DNA of 64,000 nucleotides from positions 1 through 64,000 of IMG/VR virus record IMGVR_UViG_3300048014_000015, one strand, 5' to 3'. Both the position numbers and the translations under genes were made by a program. Of this stretch, positions 42,813 through 49,575 are shown one piece after another (position 1 is the first letter of the stretch; each line of letters starts with the position of its first letter). The notes below the pieces were generated by a model. The model worked only from the letters and a program-made list of their open reading frames with translations, did not search any database and had not been told where the DNA came from. Source of the stretch: a virus.

Positions 42813-42872
42813 ACCCCACATACCACCAGATAACCGGATATGTTATTTCTCTCAAAAAAGTTGCTTTGGGGC

Positions 42873-42901
42873 TGGACAGTGTGTAGCTGTCATGCTACTA
42901 T
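42873..42901 (+). promoter_or_regulatory. sigma70-like promoter with dyad (TGGACAG-N7-CTGTC), -10 TACTAT
   Basis: TGGACA 42873-42878, 17-nt spacer, TACTAT 42896-42901. Confidence 0.55.
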
Positions 42902-42979
42902 GTTACTGGTTAGGTAGGGAATTAACCTAACGAATACTTGATAGTTTGATTTAACCTATCACACTTTTGGAGTACTACG

Positions 42980-43762
42980 ATGGACGATCAACTGGACATG
43001 GGTATGGAAGCTATGTACAACCTTAATAAGAATGTTGAGTCTGAACAGATCGAATCTGAACAGACAAATGCGTCTATAGGGGACGTACTAGGGGAAGGTG
43101 GTGAGACTATTAGTACGATAGATGAACAGGAGAGTACATCAGAACAGGGCAGTACATCAAGTACAAATAATGATACGACAGATGTAGTCAGTAATTCACC
43201 TATCGTAAATGATACTGAAGATATTAAACCTATACGAAAAGGGAGAGGAAGACTACCATTAGGGCCAAACGTACTGAGGCAGACTCAATTGAGGGTGTTA
43301 GCGGCATTGTCTGATAAGGAAGCAACTAATGGAACCAGTTCGTTGAACATCGATCAGATATCGGCTATCACAAGGGTATCGGTTCCAATGCTAAAACAGG
43401 GATTAGGATCAAACAATCCAGAGAAGAGGGAAGCACACGATAGACAATATGGGTATAAGTCTTTGATCTCACACGGGTACGTCTGTGTGGTCTATGCTGG
43501 TGGTGTCTATCAGTACTATCTATCGCCCATTGGTCAGAGGAAGTGTGACGATCTAGAGGACGAACTTATAGCCATTAGGATGAAGGAACCAAGAGATGCT
43601 GGACTATCGATCCGGCAAGGACCGAAAAAACCTAAAGACTTTCGAAGGAGATATACCAAACGGCTACCGAAGAGGGTGGCCAAACACGAAATCGTCGAAG
43701 TTGATCTATCGCTTTGCGTTCAGAAAAAGCCCGAATTCCGGGCACCTGGGAGGAATCTGTAA
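42980..43762 (+). CDS. hypothetical DNA-binding protein (winged-helix-like core, acidic N-terminus, basic C-terminus)
   Basis: RQTQLRVLAALSDKE...LNIDQISAITRVSVPMLKQGL looks like a wHTH. GGAG RBS. The N-terminal LDMGMEAMY is shared with the 912-aa protein. Confidence 0.6.
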   Translation: MDDQLDMGMEAMYNLNKNVESEQIESEQTNASIGDVLGEGGETISTIDEQESTSEQGSTSSTNNDTTDVVSNSPIVNDTEDIKPIRKGRGRLPLGPNVLRQTQLRVLAALSDKEATNGTSSLNIDQISAITRVSVPMLKQGLGSNNPEKREAHDRQYGYKSLISHGYVCVVYAGGVYQYYLSPIGQRKCDDLEDELIAIRMKEPRDAGLSIRQGPKKPKDFRRRYTKRLPKRVAKHEIVEVDLSLCVQKKPEFRAPGRNL

Positions 43763-43778
43763 AAATTCCTCCCAGGTG
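43743..43778 (+). other. 14-bp perfect hairpin spanning the stop codon of 42980..43762
   Basis: cacctgggaggaat-ctgtaaaa-attcctcccaggtg. No T tract follows, so it is not a classical terminator. Confidence 0.8.
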
Positions 43779-43780
43779 GG

Positions 43781-43809
43781 TTGACAGCTACTAGCTGTCG
43801 GGATAGGAT
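43781..43809 (+). promoter_or_regulatory. sigma70-like promoter with perfect dyad GACAGCTA-C-TAGCTGTC, -10 TAGGAT
   Basis: TTGACA 43781-43786, 17-nt spacer, TAGGAT 43804-43809. Confidence 0.6.
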
Positions 43810-43871
43810 ACTCTCGCCTAGGTGGTTCCGCAGTGGTTTCACCAGGGCGAACACTCTAAAGGAGAAGAATC

Positions 43872-44105
43872 GTGTCTAGACGGAAGGCGAAAATCGAGAA
43901 GCAAGTCCCACGTCGTAGGCAGTGTGTAGTGTGTGGGTTCACATCGTTTAGGGGGGACGTAGTTCACGGTAGGTTTATGTGTACAGCATGTGAGAAGCAG
44001 ATGGTTGAAGATCAGTGTCGAGATTTTGAGGAACGAGAGTACGGGGAGTTCCTACGAATTTCAAACAATCTCGATAGGTTTGATAGAGATGGTAGATTTG
44101 CATAA
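43872..44105 (+). CDS. small zinc-ribbon protein
   Basis: GTG start 8 nt after AAGGAG. CVVC...x17...CTAC. Confidence 0.55.
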   Translation: MSRRKAKIEKQVPRRRQCVVCGFTSFRGDVVHGRFMCTACEKQMVEDQCRDFEEREYGEFLRISNNLDRFDRDGRFA

Positions 44106-44172
44106 TCATTAACCTAACTGATATTTTTAAACCTAACCAACACCACCAACCTAACCTGATTCAGGGGATATC

Positions 44173-44811
44173 ATGAAAACTCGTATAACACTCAACTTCG
44201 CTGAGCAAACCAAAATCCGAGAATATATTATCGCTAACCGTGAGAGACTGGAAACTACTAAGGGTATGACCAGACAGGATTTGGCGGACGAATGCACAAG
44301 ACTACTTAATCGACCAGTAACCATTGGTAATCTGCGGAGCATCGAACCATCAATAGAACCACCGCTAAATATCCGTACACAGGAATCTCGTGGTTATGCT
44401 CCCAGCAGAGAGCAGATAGAGAAGTTGCGAGAAGAGGTAGTTCAAGATATTTCAGAACTATCTAAATCAGTCACATTGATTGAGGAAAGATTGACAGTAC
44501 AGGAATCCTCACTGAAAGAAATCCAATTAGAATTCTCTGACCGTATGCGAAAATTCGATGAAGCTCTGTCTGTATTGTCGTCACTAGAATCTGAGTGGAA
44601 ACGTGCCGCGAGTCGAATCGCTGAAGTCTCACGAGCGGTACAGGATACACAGACTCAGGTATCCAGAATTATTACAACTATTGATAAGGCGAGAGTGGTT
44701 TCGGCTATCAATGATGTGATTGAGGAACAGACCAGGTTTAGTGATATAAAGGCTGTCAAAGGTGAGGAACTGGGAAAGGCTGTGATAGTGCCTACTAATG
44801 GGAAAAAATAA
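44173..44811 (+). CDS. hypothetical protein: HTH-like N-terminus plus coiled-coil
   Basis: GMTRQDLADECTRLLNRPVTIGNLRSIE, then heptad-like E/L/K-rich sequence. AGGGGA RBS. Confidence 0.6.
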   Translation: MKTRITLNFAEQTKIREYIIANRERLETTKGMTRQDLADECTRLLNRPVTIGNLRSIEPSIEPPLNIRTQESRGYAPSREQIEKLREEVVQDISELSKSVTLIEERLTVQESSLKEIQLEFSDRMRKFDEALSVLSSLESEWKRAASRIAEVSRAVQDTQTQVSRIITTIDKARVVSAINDVIEEQTRFSDIKAVKGEELGKAVIVPTNGKK

Positions 44812-44826
44812 TTTCCTCCCAGTCAG

Positions 44827-44855
44827 TTGACGGTTGAGAGCAATCCCTATATCAT
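44827..44855 (+). promoter_or_regulatory. sigma70-like promoter (TTGACG-N17-TATCAT)
   Basis: Upstream of the ParB-like gene. Preceded by TTCCTCCCAG, as at 43766. Confidence 0.55.
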
Positions 44856-44874
44856 ACCCTCTCTACTAGTCGAT

Positions 44875-44895
44875 ACTGACATCTGACACCTGACA
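44875..44895. repeat. 3 x 7-bp tandem repeat (ctgaca[t/c]) in the leader of the ParB-like gene
   Basis: ctgacat ctgacac ctgacac, followed by a 9-bp-stem hairpin gaagcccca/tggggtttc. Confidence 0.85.
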
Positions 44896-44989
44896 CCGAC
44901 TGAAGCCCCATTGCTGGTGGGTGGGGTTTCGGTCGCTGCCAGAATGATTCTGGAGCGAATTCCGTAACAAACTGTGAAAGGTTATTTTG

Positions 44990-46978
44990 ATGCCACCGCG
45001 TACACTCAACAACGAACCGATTACATCAACTACTAAAGGAAAAATTATGAATGCGTTGGAAGAAGGACAGGAAGAGGCTATCGGAAGTGGGGGCAATGAG
45101 GGCAATGAAGGGGGTAAAGCTAAGTCCCTGAAACCACCGATTGTAGAACCAGAACCAATTGAAGAACTCAATAAGGTTATCTACCCACAGGTATGCGTCA
45201 CTGTGTGTGGTGCGCCAGAAGAAACTGGAGTGACTGAAGAACTCGCACAAAAGGTATCAGCACTCTTTTTATCAATTGGTGTCGATAATCTGATTGCATA
45301 TGCTCCACCTCTCACAGCAGAGGATGCGATTGGGATTATCGGTGCCGAATGGGAGCCAAAAGACACGAACGTGAAGTTCAAGGATAACTATGACATTGTA
45401 GATATTTACGGTAGGAAAATTAGATTCCACCGAAATATCCGGAACCGTCCGATCTATAAGTCAAACATCGACGATCGCTGTCAGGATATTCTGAATAAAA
45501 GATGGGAACTCAACGGCGAACCCATCATCATTTCGGATACAGGTAATACTCTGGATGGACAGCATACCCTACCTGCCCTGATTCTGGCGCAACAAAGACT
45601 AGAAACTGAAAAGGATGTTACCGGTACTCTAAAGTGGGCTGAGAAGTGGCCTTCAGGAATCATATCTATTCCTAAGGTAATTGTTTACGGAATTAAGGGT
45701 ACTGATTCCGTAATCAATACCATGAACACCTGCAAACCTAGGAGTTTCGCGGATGTTCTTTATCGCTCCCCATATTTCAGTGATTTACCAACTCACTCGA
45801 AAGATGGGTTAGATAGAAAGACGGCAGCAAGGGTTACCGACCATGCCGTTAAGGAAATCTGGCAGCGTACTGGTCTGTATCAGGATGGATATTCTGCTCG
45901 CCGTACCAACTCCGAAGGAGCAGCATGGATTGAGTCTCACGGAGGAATGGTCGGTAAGTTCATGGAGTGCGTCAGGTTTATTCTCGAAGAAGATCAGTTC
46001 GGGCATATTAGTAGCTATGTTCCGTGTGGAACTGCTGTAGCTTTAATGTGGTTATCAGCGTGTGGTAGCTCTGATAGTGCGAAATATTACGTCCTTCGCA
46101 ATGAAGATCGTGATATTGAGGCTTATGAGAGCCTAAGCTGGAAGAACTGGAAAATTGCCAAACAATTCTGGTTGGAGTTTGGCAATCGAGAAGCCGACCG
46201 CATCGTTAATGCGGGAAAGGAAAATGAACGGCGGGAACCTGGAAAGGTGACGGGTGACCTAAAGGCACTTACTGAGGTTCTTGTTGAGATGGGTGCATCA
46301 GAAGAACCTATGATTCGCGAGAAGGATTTCGTTATCGCGAAGGCATGGAACCTATGGCTAGAAGATAAGCCAATTACAGTAGGTGCCTTAAGGATTAAAG
46401 AGAGTGATTACGGAAAGCCAGACGAAAAAACTGGTGTCCGTAAACTGGACAAAAAGAAGCATCTACAGTTTGGGAATATTGATATCGGGATCGATCGTAT
46501 CCCTACAGAGAGGAAAGTTAAGGAAGCCGACGCAGCTACTCAGGCCAAACTGAATGCTGAAATAGAAGAAATGAAACGCCGGACTAAGGAAGGTCTGGGC
46601 GATAAGAAAGAAGATGACGAATCAGTAACGAGTGATGTTTTAGGTAATATTAAACCTAAATCCCAACAGGATTGTGAAGCATTACATGCTGCTCATCCAG
46701 AGTTGCAAGTAATACTCGTAAAAACCTATAACGGAAATTGCGAAACTTGGGGACAAGGTTCGGTAGTATTGGCAGAGATACTAAAGGTTCCCCCAGTAAC
46801 GCACCCCAATAATTCTCTATACCTGAAACTCAGTGTAGATGATTGGGACGCAATTTCTAACAGGGTTACTGATCGTGGATTTGCCATAGGTCTGGCCGAA
46901 TCTGTTAATGGTAGGCCGGAAATTATTATGACCAGCAAGCCATCACCTAGGAATGGGAATGGGCAGAGGAAGCGTTAA
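44990..46978 (+). CDS. large protein with a ParB/Srx-fold (DGQHR/DGQQR-type) N-terminal domain
   Basis: PIIISDTGNTLDGQHTLPALILAQ resembles the ParB-like nuclease/DGQHR core. Start is uncertain: TTG 44987, ATG 44990, or ATG 45047 after AAGGA. Confidence 0.55.
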   Translation: MPPRTLNNEPITSTTKGKIMNALEEGQEEAIGSGGNEGNEGGKAKSLKPPIVEPEPIEELNKVIYPQVCVTVCGAPEETGVTEELAQKVSALFLSIGVDNLIAYAPPLTAEDAIGIIGAEWEPKDTNVKFKDNYDIVDIYGRKIRFHRNIRNRPIYKSNIDDRCQDILNKRWELNGEPIIISDTGNTLDGQHTLPALILAQQRLETEKDVTGTLKWAEKWPSGIISIPKVIVYGIKGTDSVINTMNTCKPRSFADVLYRSPYFSDLPTHSKDGLDRKTAARVTDHAVKEIWQRTGLYQDGYSARRTNSEGAAWIESHGGMVGKFMECVRFILEEDQFGHISSYVPCGTAVALMWLSACGSSDSAKYYVLRNEDRDIEAYESLSWKNWKIAKQFWLEFGNREADRIVNAGKENERREPGKVTGDLKALTEVLVEMGASEEPMIREKDFVIAKAWNLWLEDKPITVGALRIKESDYGKPDEKTGVRKLDKKKHLQFGNIDIGIDRIPTERKVKEADAATQAKLNAEIEEMKRRTKEGLGDKKEDDESVTSDVLGNIKPKSQQDCEALHAAHPELQVILVKTYNGNCETWGQGSVVLAEILKVPPVTHPNNSLYLKLSVDDWDAISNRVTDRGFAIGLAESVNGRPEIIMTSKPSPRNGNGQRKR

Positions 46979-46991
46979 AGTGTGTTAGGTT

Positions 46992-47032
46992 AAATCCTAC
47001 CTGAATAATGTACTATTCAGGTAGGATTTTTT
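46992..47032 (+). terminator. rho-independent terminator
   Basis: 16-bp perfect stem aaatcctacctgaata/tattcaggtaggattt with a 6-nt loop. The last three stem bases plus the following ttt form a 6-T run. Confidence 0.85.
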
Positions 47033-47051
47033 ACACCCTATTTGGTGGACT

Positions 47052-47522
47052 ATGGAAGACTTAATTATTAACCTAGAAAGAAAGTTTGGACCATTGATAG
47101 GAAATACAAAGCTAGTAGCTACTGACTATTGTAAAGAACAAAATGATATTGATTCCTCAATATTAGCAGCATGGTTAGAGAGTGGGGAAGATTTTTCCGT
47201 ACTTGAAAATATCGATAGGGATAGGGGTGCTCGTGTGGAAAGTTTTTGTTGTCGTTTCTCCTGGAGTTTCCTGCATGTCGGTCCCCCGGATACATTACTA
47301 GTAGTAATGAGTAGAAGAGACACCGCAATAGCGCATACCACAATAGCCTTCAGAATCATAACAACTAACCTCATAACCTTAATTCCTCAAAGTCCTTTAA
47401 GAGATGGGCGAGTGAGTAAGGTATACTATCTTACTACAACAATCAATATCAACCCTGGACGAGAGAGTACGCCGATTCCTTCATACTCTGGTGGTCCACC
47501 TTACCACCCTACCCCCTCATAG
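47052..47522 (+). CDS. questionable ORF (conflicts with 47126..47374 on the minus strand)
   Basis: GGTGGA RBS and a plausible first ~60 aa, but the C-terminal half looks like antisense of a membrane segment. Confidence 0.3.
   Translation: MEDLIINLERKFGPLIGNTKLVATDYCKEQNDIDSSILAAWLESGEDFSVLENIDRDRGARVESFCCRFSWSFLHVGPPDTLLVVMSRRDTAIAHTTIAFRIITTNLITLIPQSPLRDGRVSKVYYLTTTININPGRESTPIPSYSGGPPYHPTPS
47126..47374 (-). CDS. questionable small membrane protein (possible holin/spanin component)
   Basis: N-terminal TM segment LVVMILKAIVVCAIAVSLLLITT. GAGGAattAAGG upstream. Lies downstream of the peptidase gene. Confidence 0.3.
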   Translation of the reverse strand: MRLVVMILKAIVVCAIAVSLLLITTSNVSGGPTCRKLQEKRQQKLSTRAPLSLSIFSSTEKSSPLSNHAANIEESISFCSLQ

Positions 47523-47551
47523 CTCGTCCAGGGTAGTTCTATAATATCCTA

Positions 47552-48595
47552 TTAAAATCCGAATGCTGCTTCTAGGTCGGCTAGAATTTCGGACCAGCTT
47601 TTACCAGCTTTCAAGTCCGAAAGTATTATAGGTAAAGCTACTGACCCATACTGAATAACTAATTGTAGAACATTTAACCAATTAATAGAACCTAAAGCAT
47701 ATTTATTAGACGCGGAAGCAACATTAACAAGGCTACCATTAAGGTATGATAGACTACCAGTAAATCCAGTTGTTGGTACAGGGGGGGTCGGTGTGGGGGT
47801 AGGGGTAGGTGGAGCAGGAGGTACAGGAGTAGGAGTAGGAGGAAAAACCCCTACCGTAGTTGGATTACGTGACCAAGCCTCAAATGTAACAGCTAACATA
47901 GATTCCTTATCTATTACACCTACGGTACTCCATGTAAAGGCCAGAATACCGGGTTTAGTTGGATCAGGAACACTACTTAGTACAGGCATATTAAGAAATT
48001 TATAGCAGTCGGCAATAGTCCCATACCCTGTATAACAAATACAATGATCTTCATCCTGCGGACTAGCCTGAGTAAATCCAGTAGCAAACCACCCATTAGT
48101 AGTTCCGATTCCTGGAACATTTTGTAATTGTGCAGATGCTACACCTATTTTAATTGGTCCCTGAGTAATGGCCGCTTGTAAATTCGCATCGTTTGTCCAA
48201 TCTACAGCAGTATATGGGCCATCTTCGTAGGTCTTTCCAGAAGCATCTGGTAGACCATTGTACTTCATCTCATCCATTACATCGGTAAGAGCAGCACCAT
48301 TCAAGAAACCATATTTATCTGCCCATGCAATTACACTTTGTTCCGTGATAAATAATTCAGGTAAGCCACATAAAATAGAATATGCTGCTTTGGCATACGC
48401 CTCTTCTGCCGTTACACAATCACCATACTGATCGTTACCCCACATAGATAACTGCGTAGGCACAATTCCAAACTTATCCGGAACCCCCATCAATGATGGT
48501 AACGGTTTAAATGGAGTAGCAGCAGCTAATTTATGTCGTGGGGTTGACTTAGCACCTGTCTTAAACTTTTTCGGTGGCATAATTTCGTCTGGCAT
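47552..48595 (-). CDS. putative Cys-His peptidase (CHAP/papain-like; candidate endolysin) with a Pro/Thr linker and C-terminal domain
   Basis: GNDQYGDCVTAEEAY (Cys) and DEDHCICYTGY (His) in the expected order. PTPTPVPPAPPTPTPTPTPP linker. Confidence 0.45.
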   Translation of the reverse strand: MPDEIMPPKKFKTGAKSTPRHKLAAATPFKPLPSLMGVPDKFGIVPTQLSMWGNDQYGDCVTAEEAYAKAAYSILCGLPELFITEQSVIAWADKYGFLNGAALTDVMDEMKYNGLPDASGKTYEDGPYTAVDWTNDANLQAAITQGPIKIGVASAQLQNVPGIGTTNGWFATGFTQASPQDEDHCICYTGYGTIADCYKFLNMPVLSSVPDPTKPGILAFTWSTVGVIDKESMLAVTFEAWSRNPTTVGVFPPTPTPVPPAPPTPTPTPTPPVPTTGFTGSLSYLNGSLVNVASASNKYALGSINWLNVLQLVIQYGSVALPIILSDLKAGKSWSEILADLEAAFGF

Positions 48596-48723
48596 TTGTA
48601 GTTCCTTAAAAGGTGATACTAATTTAGTAGGTGGCTTGTTTGGATGGGTTTTAATCTAGGAAAGATTTACTTATCTAGATTCTGTTAGGTTTAGTTGAAT
48701 TCTGTTAAGTTCAATTAAATGGG

Positions 48724-49035
48724 TTAATTTTTTGAAGATTGCAGTTGTTTTTCTAAAACACCCAATCTTCCCCTCATTTCTGCCCTATCCTTTTGTGATT
48801 CTTCCATTTGTTCCATTAATTTTTTATGTCCTGTTTCGCACTCCTTTAAAGCTAGTAGTGTTTGTTGGTGTTGCTCCTTACAATAGTCATGTTCTACCTG
48901 TAGCTGGACTAATTTTGCATCCATAACCAGCTTATCCCTAGCTACCTGCCTTGCGGTCATAGCTGCCCATTCTCCACGAATCATACCAGCTATAGCTATT
49001 GTGGCAGCAATCCAACTAAGATGATCCGCAGCCAT
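48724..49035 (-). CDS. TM + coiled-coil protein (spanin/holin-like)
   Basis: N-terminal LSWIAATIAIAGMI, then a heptad-like region. Adjacent to the peptidase gene. Confidence 0.45.
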   Translation of the reverse strand: MAADHLSWIAATIAIAGMIRGEWAAMTARQVARDKLVMDAKLVQLQVEHDYCKEQHQQTLLALKECETGHKKLMEQMEESQKDRAEMRGRLGVLEKQLQSSKN

Positions 49036-49150
49036 AATTAAATCCCTTTAATAGACTAAATTATATCAAGTTATAATATACATGTACAGTATTATTTTCA
49101 ATATTTGTTATGAATATTGTGTTAAATCTATTGACATACCCTCAGAAAGT

Positions 49151-49546
49151 TCAGGCTATACCTACTTCTCCTTCAGCTTCAATTGTCAAACTGCTAGAAG
49201 CTGATGCCAAACCTGTTAGGTAATCTCCAACATCTAACCTTACTCTACCGTACCAATCTAACCAATTAGTACCTGAAGTTTGGGCAGGAACAGGTGACGA
49301 AGAAAATGCAAATTCTGTTCCGGCACTACTCCCACCAGTACCACCAATAAACAGCGAAGCATTAACAGAGCCAGTAGTTTTATTAACGATGCGGATATGA
49401 GTTAATAGAACATAAGTATTAATATAGTTACCTGATGACCAGGCACCACCATTAAGTACACCACCGGTTAATGTACCTGGATTAAGGATATTTGTAGCTC
49501 CAGAAGCCATAGCTGCTGGACCCATACGAAATGGTTTATTCTGCAT
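49151..49546 (-). CDS. hypothetical tail-associated protein
   Basis: 131-aa Gly/Thr/Ser-rich ORF at the end of the tail module. Confidence 0.55.
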   Translation of the reverse strand: MQNKPFRMGPAAMASGATNILNPGTLTGGVLNGGAWSSGNYINTYVLLTHIRIVNKTTGSVNASLFIGGTGGSSAGTEFAFSSSPVPAQTSGTNWLDWYGRVRLDVGDYLTGLASASSSLTIEAEGEVGIA

Positions 49547-49575
49547 AACAAAACTCCTTTAGGTTAAAAATACAA

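Noticed and set aside
44866-45381. Minus-strand ORFs 44866..45171, 45026..45250 and 45181..45381 opposite the ParB-like gene start.
   Set aside because: They are antisense to a 663-aa ORF and its promoter and leader. Their translations look low-complexity.
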